From Candidatus Latescibacterota bacterium (lineage in GTDB: Bacteria; Latescibacterota; UBA2968; UBA8231), in assembly GCA_965206595.1 (NCBI GenBank), contig OZ242214.1:6528001-6592000 (forward strand): a DNA stretch of 64,000 bases, written 5' to 3'. Below are positions 31,341 through 39,574 of this stretch, piece after piece. The stretch's first letter is position 1; each line of letters opens with the position of its first letter. The notes beneath the pieces are model-generated. The model was not told the DNA's origin and did not search any database. It saw only the letters and a list, made by a program, of their open reading frames with translations. The translations under genes and the position numbers were made by a program.

Positions 31341-31353
31341 CCCGGGAGCCTGA

Positions 31354-32361
31354 ACGATCGCACGCTTCGCTGTCCAGCCCGCCTCCCCCGCCGCGGTCAC
31401 CCTCCTGGCCGCGGACGGCCGCGTCCATTCCGACGATTTCGCCGGCGACGTCAGGGCCGGCCTGACCGCCTCCCCGAAACGGCTGTCCTGCCGCTACTTC
31501 TACGACGAAGCCGGCTCGAAGCTGTTCGAGGAGATCTGCGGCCTCCCCGAGTACTACCTGACCCGGGCCGAGCACGCCATCCTCGAGGAGCGCGCCGCCG
31601 CGATCGCCGCCCTGTTCGCCGGCTGCGTCACCCTCGTCGAGCTCGGCAGCGGCTCCGCGCTCAAGACGCGGCTGCTGATCGAGGCCCTGATCGAGCGCCA
31701 GGGCAACCTGCGGTTCATTCCCGTCGACATCTCGCGGTCAGCCCTGGAGGAAAGCTCGGCCGCCCTGGCCGGGGAGTTCGAGGACCTCGAGATCCTCGCC
31801 GTCGCCGGGGAGTACGGGGACGGCCTCGAGTACCTCCGGCAGCACCCCGGGGGCCGGCGGCTGATCCTGTGGCTGGGGTCGAACGTCGGCAACTTCGAGC
31901 GGGCCGAGGCCGCTGACTTCATCGCCGGAGTGCGCGCCGCCATGTCTGCGGACGACCGCTTTCTCGCCGGGATCGACCTGCGCAAGGAACGGGCCGTGCT
32001 CGAAGCGGCTTACGACGACAGCGAGGGTGTGACGGCCCGCTTCAACAAAAACATCCTGGGCCGGATCAACCGCGATCTCGGGGGGCGCTTTGCCCTCGAG
32101 CGCTTCCGCCACCGCGCCGTCTGGGACGAACGGCTCGGGCGCGTCGAGATGCACATCGAGAGCGCCGGCGCCCAGACGGTCCCCATAGAGGAGCTGGGGC
32201 TCGAGATCCGGTTCGCCGACGGCGAGACCATCCACACCGAGAACTCCTACAAATATTCCACCGCCGAGATCGAAGCCCTGGCCGCGGCCGCGGGGATGAC
32301 CCTCGAGCGCCAGTGGTTCGACCCGGGGCGCCGCTTCAGCGTCAACCTCTTTCGCCCCTGA
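31354..32361 (+). CDS. egtD: L-histidine N-alpha-trimethyltransferase EgtD (start codon non-canonical or damaged)
   Basis: The frame is open from 31354 and reads YFYDEAGSKLFEEICGLPEYYLTRAE, VELGSGS, PVDIS, LGSNVGNF, AYDD, FNKN and IHTENSYKY. No ATG/GTG/TTG before 31930. Candidate starts are ATC 31357 (after GGGAG) or CTG 31405. Confidence 0.88.
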   Translation, partial: TIARFAVQPASPAAVTLLAADGRVHSDDFAGDVRAGLTASPKRLSCRYFYDEAGSKLFEEICGLPEYYLTRAEHAILEERAAAIAALFAGCVTLVELGSGSALKTRLLIEALIERQGNLRFIPVDISRSALEESSAALAGEFEDLEILAVAGEYGDGLEYLRQHPGGRRLILWLGSNVGNFERAEAADFIAGVRAAMSADDRFLAGIDLRKERAVLEAAYDDSEGVTARFNKNILGRINRDLGGRFALERFRHRAVWDERLGRVEMHIESAGAQTVPIEELGLEIRFADGETIHTENSYKYSTAEIEALAAAAGMTLERQWFDPGRRFSVNLFRP

Positions 32362-32547
32362 CCAACCCGATGGGTCTCGTCCTCGTCACCTACAACCGCG
32401 GCCACTACCCGATGGACGACATCTCCCTGTACGAGCCCATGCCGCCGGTATGAAGCCTTCCCGCAGGCATGGCGCTCATCCCGGCCTCGACAATTCGATC
32501 CGCACTGCACGCGCTCCATTGCGAGCGACCCATCCAGGAGCTGCGCC

Positions 32548-34986
32548 ATGATCGTTTCCATCGCCTGTCTGCTGACCCTCGTATTCCTCACCTCGCCCGG
32601 CCGGGGGCAGCAGGAATTCCCCCCGCAACAAACCCTTTCCCCGTTCTTCTTCGTCGAAACCGACGATCCCGACCTCGACCAGCTTCCCCTGAAGTCGGTT
32701 GCCGCCACGGTGGCGATCGCCGGGGTCATCGCCGACGTCAGGATCCGCCAGGAGTACGCCAACGAAGGGGAACGGCCCCTCGAGGCCACCTACATATTCC
32801 CCGCCTCCACCCAGGCCGCGGTGTACGGAATGGAGATGACCATCGGCGACCGCATCATAACCGCCGAGATACGAGAACGGGAGCAGGCGCGCCAGGAGTA
32901 CGAAGAGGCGGTCGAAGAGGGCCGCACCGCCTCCCTCCTCGAGCAGCAGCGGCCCAACGTCTTCCAGATGACCGTGGGCAACATCCTGCCGGGAGACACC
33001 ATCTTCGTCGAGCTGAGCTACACCGAAACCCTCGTGCCGACCGCAGGGGAGTACGAGTTCGTGTATCCGACCGTGGTCGGACCGCGGTACTCGGAGACCC
33101 CCCTGGCGGAGGCCGATTCCAGGGATCTGTTCGTGGCGACGCCCTACACCCATGAAGGGGAGCCGGCCACCTACGGTTTCGACATCGACGTCGAGTTGAC
33201 CACCGGGGTGCCGATCCAGGCCCTGTACTCGATCTCCCACGAGGTCGACGTCTCCTATCCGGAGGCCGGCCGGGCGCGGGTCGGGCTGCTCGAGTCGGAC
33301 CAGTCCGGCGGCAACCGGGACTACATCCTGCGCTACAGCTTGGCGGGCGACCGGATCGAAGCCGGCCTGCTGCTCTACGAGGGGAAGGGCGCAAGCTTCC
33401 TGGACGAAAACTTCTTCCTGTTCATGGGCCAGCCGCCGGAGCGCGTCTCCGAGGAGGAGATACCCCCGCGGGAGTACATCTTCGTCGTCGACGTTTCCGG
33501 GTCGATGAGCGGCTATCCGCTCAATGTGTCGAAGGCGCTGCTGAGGGACCTGATCGAGCCGCTTCGTCCGACCGACCACTTCAACGTGCTGCTGTTCGCC
33601 GGGGTTTCCAACCTGATGTCGGAACAGTCTCTTCCGGCATCGACCGAGAACATAGAGCTGGCCCTCGAGTTCATCGATGCCAGCGAGGGAGGGGGCGGCA
33701 CCCGGCTCGGGACGGCCCTCGAGCGCGCCATGCAGCTGCCGAGAACGAGCGAGAAGACCTCCCGCTCGATCGTGATCGCCACCGACGGGAAAATCTCCGC
33801 GGAGGCGGCAGTATTCGACCTGATCAGGGACAATCTCGGGGAAGCGAACGTCTTCGCCTTCGGCATCGGCACGAGCGTCAACCGCTTCCTGATCGAGGGA
33901 ATCGCGCGCGTCGGATTCGGCGAGCCGTTCGTCGTCACCCGGGAGGATGAGGCCGAAGAGACGGCCGCCCGGTTCCGCGAGTACATCGGCACGCCGGTCC
34001 TCTCGGGAGCGACCTTCGCGGCCGAGGGTTTCGACATCTACGAGGTGGAGCCGGCCGTCATCCCGGACCTGCTGGCGCAGCGGCCCGTTCTGGTCTACGG
34101 GAAATGGCAGGGGGAACGGCAGGGCACCCTGTCGCTGCGGGGTCATACGGGGCAGGGGGAGTACGCCTTCGAAATCGACGTCTCGCAAGAGACCCCGGAC
34201 GAGTCCAACGCGGCGCTCCGCTATCTCTGGGCCCGCCGGCTCATCGCCACCCTGGGGGACTACGCGGGGCTGGTGAACGGTGACGAGTTTTTGCGGGTGC
34301 AAAGCCACATCATGGAGCTGGGTCTGACCTACAATCTTCTCACCGCCTATACCTCTTTCGTCGCGGTGGACCGGGTCGTGCGCACCGACGGCACCGAGCT
34401 GTCGAGGGTGGTACAGCCGCTGGTCCTGCCCCAGGGGGTCTCGGACGAAGCGGTTGGCGATGGAAGTTCCCCCTCGGCAGTCGAAGAACAGCTCGCGAGC
34501 GCCTCCTGGTTGGGCAGGCAGTTCTACTTGAGCGGCGGCGTCTGGATCGACTCCGAGTACACCTTCGGGGACCCGGTCGTCGAGTACGACACGGTGCGGT
34601 CTCCGCCGGCCGAGCTTAAGCCGTTTGCCGCCCTTCAGCAGGAAATGATCGTGGTGGCGGAAGAACGAGCCTATCGGCTGCGGGCGCCGGCGCTGCCAGT
34701 GGCTGCCGTACTGTATCAGAACGTGCCCAATCCGTTCAATGCCGGGACCACCATCCGCTTCGACGTCCTCGGCAGTCATGGGGGCCGGCCGCTGCATCTG
34801 GAGATCTTCGATCTGTCAGGGCGGAGGGTGAAGCTGCTGACCTGGGAGGGCCTCGGCCCCGGCGGGCACGCCTTCACCTGGGACGGCAGGGACGAACAGG
34901 GGCGCGAGGCGGCGAGCGGCGTCTACCTCTACCGCCTTTCCAGCGCCGGCTTCATGTCGATGCGGAAGATGCTGCTGCTGAGATAG
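32548..34986 (+). CDS. Secreted VIT + VWA domain protein with FlgD-Ig-like C-terminal domain
   Basis: Signal peptide, VIT motifs (LEATYIFP, ASLLEQQRPNVF), VWA MIDAS DVSGSM, GGGT and TDG, and a tail NVPNPFN...WDGRDEQGREAASGVYLYRL. Confidence 0.88.
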   Translation: MIVSIACLLTLVFLTSPGRGQQEFPPQQTLSPFFFVETDDPDLDQLPLKSVAATVAIAGVIADVRIRQEYANEGERPLEATYIFPASTQAAVYGMEMTIGDRIITAEIREREQARQEYEEAVEEGRTASLLEQQRPNVFQMTVGNILPGDTIFVELSYTETLVPTAGEYEFVYPTVVGPRYSETPLAEADSRDLFVATPYTHEGEPATYGFDIDVELTTGVPIQALYSISHEVDVSYPEAGRARVGLLESDQSGGNRDYILRYSLAGDRIEAGLLLYEGKGASFLDENFFLFMGQPPERVSEEEIPPREYIFVVDVSGSMSGYPLNVSKALLRDLIEPLRPTDHFNVLLFAGVSNLMSEQSLPASTENIELALEFIDASEGGGGTRLGTALERAMQLPRTSEKTSRSIVIATDGKISAEAAVFDLIRDNLGEANVFAFGIGTSVNRFLIEGIARVGFGEPFVVTREDEAEETAARFREYIGTPVLSGATFAAEGFDIYEVEPAVIPDLLAQRPVLVYGKWQGERQGTLSLRGHTGQGEYAFEIDVSQETPDESNAALRYLWARRLIATLGDYAGLVNGDEFLRVQSHIMELGLTYNLLTAYTSFVAVDRVVRTDGTELSRVVQPLVLPQGVSDEAVGDGSSPSAVEEQLASASWLGRQFYLSGGVWIDSEYTFGDPVVEYDTVRSPPAELKPFAALQQEMIVVAEERAYRLRAPALPVAAVLYQNVPNPFNAGTTIRFDVLGSHGGRPLHLEIFDLSGRRVKLLTWEGLGPGGHAFTWDGRDEQGREAASGVYLYRLSSAGFMSMRKMLLLR

Positions 34987-35184
34987 GAGAGATGCCGGGG
35001 GCTGCGCCCCTCTTGCCGCAGCTCCCGGCATCCGGGCAGGCTGCCCCTGGACTTCGGCGACCGGCAGGAGTCCTGGGCTGCAACCGGATGCAGGTCGGCG
35101 ATCCGGCAGGAACTCCTGGAGCGATGCCGCCCTTTCTGCGGGCGATCCGGATTCCTGGACCCGGTCTGCGCCCCCCGCGACCGC

Positions 35185-36684
35185 CTACCGCTGGTAGGTG
35201 AACACCGCCCCGGTGCTCACCCGCAGCCGCCTCCTGATCCGCTGCGAAATCGTGTCGATGCCGATGTTCAGCACCGCGGTTACCAGGATCAGGAACACCG
35301 CCTTGTCGAGCTTGTCGTCGGCGATGGCGCTGTCGATGAAGAACCCGAGGGTCGAGATCCCGAGAATCCCGAGGATGGCCGACTCCCGCATCATCACCTC
35401 CCAGCGGTAGAACAGGAAGGCCATGAACTGCCCGTACACCCGCGGCAGGACCTCGAACAGGTAGCGGTTCGCCCGCTTCCTGGCCGCGTCGATCTCGAGC
35501 TTCACGAGGTTGGCGTTCTGGCCGGTGAGGTGCGACAGGATGGCGCCGTTGTGCAGGGTGATGGCGAGGATCGCAGGCAGCATCGACGGGCCCCATAGCT
35601 GCAGGAAGACGTAGGCGAGGATGTACTCCGGGGTCGTCCTCATGACGATGAGGAAGTAGTTGGCCAGCCCCCGCCAAACCCTGGTCCTGACGAAATGGCG
35701 GCAGATGCCGCCGAAGAAGACGAGGGTGAACAGCCCGGTCCCCACCAGCACCACCTGCGTCAGCAGCACCGTGTTCCAGACCCCGGGCAGGGCTTCCTGC
35801 GACAGGATTTCCAGGGCCCAGTCCCAGACCCTGCCCGCGGGGAACGAGATCTCGCCACTGCCGTCGAGGAACCCCTCGCGCCGCATCGGCCAGGGCAGGA
35901 TCTCCCAGGTCGCGAAGCGGGCGATGTTCTGCCAGGAGAGGTGGATCTCGGTCGAGATCAGGGCGAACGAGGCCGCAACGCAGGCGATCGCGACCTTCGG
36001 CTTCAGCCAGTAGCGCAGCGAGGCGATAAGCAGGTAGAAGGCGTAGAGGAGGGCCGGGGCCTCGCTGTAGAGCCCTTCGCGGAAGGCGGTCTCGAGGTGG
36101 AACCCCAAAGTCGGCAGGCCGATGAACCCGAGGATGGCGCTCGAGCGCAGGGCGCACTCGAACCGGTACGAGGTGTAGTGCCTGACGTCGGCGTAGATGA
36201 CCGGCAGCACCCCGTAGAAGAACCTGCTCAGCCTCGGGGTGTGCAGCGGCAGGCCCTTCAGCGGCGTCTGGTCCGCCTCCTGCATGATCTCGGCGAACAC
36301 CTTGGCGAAGATGCCGGCGTAGGGAATGCCGATGGCCAGCACCCCGCACACCGGGTTGAGGCCGACGACCGGCAGGAACAGGAAGGCCCAGAAGATCTCG
36401 TGGATCGCCCGGATGAAGGCGCAGAACAGCCTCACCGCGGTGAACTGGAAGAAGAGGGCCAGGACGCTGCCGAGGGCGAGGCCGAGGGAAATGCCGCAGA
36501 AGGCGAAGGTGACGGTGTTGAGCAGGGCCTCGCGGAAGGTGTAGAGAACCGGCAGGTCGGGGGTGAGGAAACCCAGGCCGATCCGTTGCAGCTCCCGCCA
36601 GGGATCGAGGGTGGTGACCTCCAGGTCGGCCAGGACCAGGCAGGCCAGGGCGACGCCGACAAACTGCAGACTCGTTCGCAGCAT
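35185..36684 (-). CDS. PhnE/PtxC-like ABC permease with duplicated TMD (putative selenate transporter)
   Basis: Two halves: RAIHEIFWA...YRFECALRSSAILG and RTTPEYILA...YRWEVMMRESAILG. Confidence 0.85.
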   Translation of the reverse strand: MLRTSLQFVGVALACLVLADLEVTTLDPWRELQRIGLGFLTPDLPVLYTFREALLNTVTFAFCGISLGLALGSVLALFFQFTAVRLFCAFIRAIHEIFWAFLFLPVVGLNPVCGVLAIGIPYAGIFAKVFAEIMQEADQTPLKGLPLHTPRLSRFFYGVLPVIYADVRHYTSYRFECALRSSAILGFIGLPTLGFHLETAFREGLYSEAPALLYAFYLLIASLRYWLKPKVAIACVAASFALISTEIHLSWQNIARFATWEILPWPMRREGFLDGSGEISFPAGRVWDWALEILSQEALPGVWNTVLLTQVVLVGTGLFTLVFFGGICRHFVRTRVWRGLANYFLIVMRTTPEYILAYVFLQLWGPSMLPAILAITLHNGAILSHLTGQNANLVKLEIDAARKRANRYLFEVLPRVYGQFMAFLFYRWEVMMRESAILGILGISTLGFFIDSAIADDKLDKAVFLILVTAVLNIGIDTISQRIRRRLRVSTGAVFTYQR

Positions 36685-36696
36685 CCGGCGCCGTCT

Positions 36697-37380
36697 CTAC
36701 GAAAGTTCCGGCGGCAGAGCTGCGCTTGCCTCGCTGCGGTAGAGGTCGGCGAGGATCCCCTCGTCGACGTCGGCGGCCGCCAGGTCGAAGGCGAGGCCGC
36801 CTTCCCGCAGTCCGACGATGCGCGGGAAGTGGGCGAGCGCCAGGTTGACGTCGTGCATGGCGAGGACGACGGTGGCGGAGCTGTCGCGGATCAGTTGCAG
36901 CACGGTGCCGGCCTGCAGCGGATCGATGGCCGAAACCGGCTCGTCGCCGAGGATGACGTCGCAGCCGCGGTACACGGCGCGGCCGACTGCGACCCGCTGC
37001 TGCTGCCCTCCCGAGAGGTTGCTGACCCGCTCGAACATCTTCTCCTCCATGCCGAGGGCGGCGAAAATCGGCCGGATCTCGTCGATTTCGCCGCGCCCCG
37101 GGCGGATGAGGTTCAGCAGGTTCCTGGTGGTGGGGCGCTGGTCGAGGCGGCCGATGTAGACGTTGTGAAACGCCGACAGCTGCGGCACCAGGGCGTAGTC
37201 CTGGTGGATGAAGGCGCACTGCTGCTGGCGCAGCTCGTACAGCTTCTTCAGCAGCGTCGTCTTGCCGACGCCGCTGGGGCCGATGACGACCACCTTCTCC
37301 CCGGCGCCGATGCGCAGGGAGACGCCGGCCAGGACCGGGGTGTCCTCGTAGGCAACGCTCAGGTCTTCGAGATCGTACAC
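36697..37380 (-). CDS. PhnC-like ABC ATP-binding protein
   Basis: GPSGVGKTT, LVPQLSAFHNVYIGRL, LSGGQQQRVA and DEPVSAIDP motifs. Confidence 0.88.
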   Translation of the reverse strand: MYDLEDLSVAYEDTPVLAGVSLRIGAGEKVVVIGPSGVGKTTLLKKLYELRQQQCAFIHQDYALVPQLSAFHNVYIGRLDQRPTTRNLLNLIRPGRGEIDEIRPIFAALGMEEKMFERVSNLSGGQQQRVAVGRAVYRGCDVILGDEPVSAIDPLQAGTVLQLIRDSSATVVLAMHDVNLALAHFPRIVGLREGGLAFDLAAADVDEGILADLYRSEASAALPPELS

Positions 37381-37412
37381 GGGTCAGGGCGCCGCCGCCG
37401 GGATGGCCCGGC

Positions 37413-38273
37413 TCATTGCTCGAAGATGCCGATGGCGGTCCCGGTCTCGAGTATGGGGCCGTACATCGAGTTGTCCGCGGCGATGAAGCGGGTGCGCGGG
37501 AACTGGTCGAGGATCTCGCGGTCGTCGAGCGCCAGCAGGGCGTCCTTTACCTTGGCGATGAAGCCCTCGCCGTACTTCTCCTCGACGTCGCCGCGGATCG
37601 ACCAGTTGTAGTCCGGGTAGGCCGGGGTGCGCCAGATGACGCTCACCCTGGTCGAGTCGACGTTGCCGGCCGCCTTCTCCTTGTCGAAGACCTTGAAATT
37701 CAGGGCCCCGACCTCGTAGCTGCCGGACTGCACCAGGGCGAGGGTCTTGGAGTGGTCGCCGCTGAAGCCGACGCGCTTGAAGACCTCGTCGGGCGCCTTC
37801 CCGAAATGCTGCCTGAGGTAGAACTCCGGCATCAGGCGGCCCGACGTCGACCCCTTGGAACCGAAGGTGAAGGTGCGGCCCGCGATCGCCGCGGGGAACT
37901 CCTCTCCCGGCTCGATGCCGGTGCTGGCGTTGGCGATGAAGTAGGTGACGAACTGCAGATCCTCCTCACCCTGGGCGATCGCCTGCGACCCGGGCACGGC
38001 GCGCCGCGCCTTGACGCCGGACAGGCCCCCGAACCAGGCGAGCTGCACCTCGTCGTTCTTGAAGGCGTTCACCGAGGCCGCGTACGACTTGACCGGTATG
38101 TACTCGACGTCGATGCCCAGCTTGCCCGACAGGTATCCGGCGACGCGGTCGAAGCGCTCCTTGAGGCGGGCAGTGTTCTGATCTGGAATCGCGGTGAAGC
38201 GGAACATGTCCGCGGCCGACGCCTGGCTCGCCAGGACCATGGCCAGGACAAAGCAGATCCTACGCAGTTTCAA
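37413..38273 (-). CDS. Putative selenate ABC transporter substrate-binding protein (PhnD-like)
   Basis: TTG start at 38273 after AGGAGG, with a signal peptide. FTAIPDQ, LAWFGGLSGV, FTFGSKGSTSGRLMP, GFSGDH and YPDYNW motifs. Lies directly downstream of selD. Confidence 0.82.
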   Translation of the reverse strand: MKLRRICFVLAMVLASQASAADMFRFTAIPDQNTARLKERFDRVAGYLSGKLGIDVEYIPVKSYAASVNAFKNDEVQLAWFGGLSGVKARRAVPGSQAIAQGEEDLQFVTYFIANASTGIEPGEEFPAAIAGRTFTFGSKGSTSGRLMPEFYLRQHFGKAPDEVFKRVGFSGDHSKTLALVQSGSYEVGALNFKVFDKEKAAGNVDSTRVSVIWRTPAYPDYNWSIRGDVEEKYGEGFIAKVKDALLALDDREILDQFPRTRFIAADNSMYGPILETGTAIGIFEQ

Positions 38274-38352
38274 TCTCGTCCTCCTTTTAAACGCGGATGA
38301 TGTGGATCGGATATGGATTTTGTATGGGGAAACGGTCCGGACCAACGGTCCG

Positions 38353-39408
38353 CTACTGGAACTTCAGGTAATGCGGCGGCGACAGGCCGACGGCGCGGCC
38401 GACGATGCAGGCCGCCTCCACGCCGGCCTGCTGCAGGGCTTCGACCGCGGCCGCGGCCTGGGCCCCGGGAACCGCGGCGAACAGGCCGCCGCTGGTCTGC
38501 GGGTCGACCAGGATCTCGCCCTGCCTGTTCGGCAGCTCCTTCTCGTACAGGGCGGCTTCCCCGACCTGCGCCCGGTTCCCGGCGTTGGCCCCGGTGGTGA
38601 CGCCGCGCTCGTACATCTCCAGCGCTTCCGGCAGTACCGGCACCGAGTCGACTTCGATTTCGATGGTAACCCCGGAGCCTTTGGCCATCTCGAGGGCGTG
38701 CCCGGCGAGCCCGAAGCCGGTGATGTCGGTCGCCGCGTGCACGTCGAACCGGGCCAGGGTCTCGGCCGCGGCCCTGTTGAGATCGGTCAGCACTGCCAGG
38801 GTCCGCTCCAGGGCTTCCCGGGAAAGCAGGCCTTTCAGGTTGGCGTTGAAGATCACGCCGCTGCCGATCGGCTTGGTCAGGATCAGCGCGTCCCCGGGAC
38901 GGGCCCCGGCGTTGCGCCAGTACCTGTCAGGGTGCACGACCCCGGTGACCGAGAGCCCGAACTTCGGCTCGTCGTCGTTCGTGGTGTGGCCCCCGGCCAG
39001 CACCGCCCCCGCCTCGGTGATCTTGCTCAGAGCCCCTTCGACGATGCCGTGCAGCACCTCGGGGCCGAGGTCCTCCTCGGGAAACCCGATCAGGTTGAGG
39101 CAGGCCACCGGCCGCCCCCCCATGGCGTAGACGTCGCTCAGGGAGTTGGCGGCGCCGATCTGGCCGAAGGTGAACGGGTCGTCGACCGGCGGCGTGATGA
39201 AGTCCGCGGTGACGACGATGGCGGTGTCGTCGCCGAGGCGGTAGACGCCGGCGTCGTCGCTGGTCTCGAATCCGACCAGCAGGTTCGGGTCCGACTTGCG
39301 CGGCAGGCCGGCCAACAGTTTCTCGAGCCCGACCGGGCTCGCCTTGGCCGCTCACCCGCAGGTCTTGGCGAGACTCGTCAGGGTCTTCTCTTTTGATTGC
39401 AGCGCCAT
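38353..39408 (-). CDS. selD: Selenide, water dikinase (selenophosphate synthetase, SelD/SenC), selenocysteine-containing
   Basis: ATG at 39408 gives MALQSKEKTLTSLAKTCG-UGA(39354-39352)-AAKASP..., in frame with DDAGV, DFITP, ANSLSDVYAMGG, GGHT, TDITGFGL and DPQTSGGL. 351 aa with read-through. Confidence 0.93.
39324..39341 (-). promoter_or_regulatory. Bacterial SECIS-like hairpin of selD
   Basis: mRNA UGA-GCGGCCAAGG-CGAGCCC-GGUC-GGGCUCG: a 7-bp stem with a G-initiated loop 17 nt after the UGA. Confidence 0.75.
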
Positions 39409-39574
39409 GGGAATCCGTCGATTCGTCGATGTGGGCTCTATTCGGTGCGGGCGACAACTTATTCAGGTCCCCGCCCCGAGGCAACGCGGTTGCCCCGAGC
39501 CGGGGACTGACTACACTCAGGGAGCATCGGGAATCGCCTGACCCCGCAACAGGAACAGCAACAGGGAAGGAAAC

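Noticed and set aside
31351-31353. In-frame TGA upstream of egtD as a Sec codon
   Set aside because: There is no start codon upstream in that frame, no convincing hairpin, and the position lies outside the conserved EgtD domain.
35185-38273. Phosphonate utilisation operon
   Set aside because: No phnG-M or ptxD genes are present. The selD linkage favours the selenium-associated subfamily, though the ligand is unproven.
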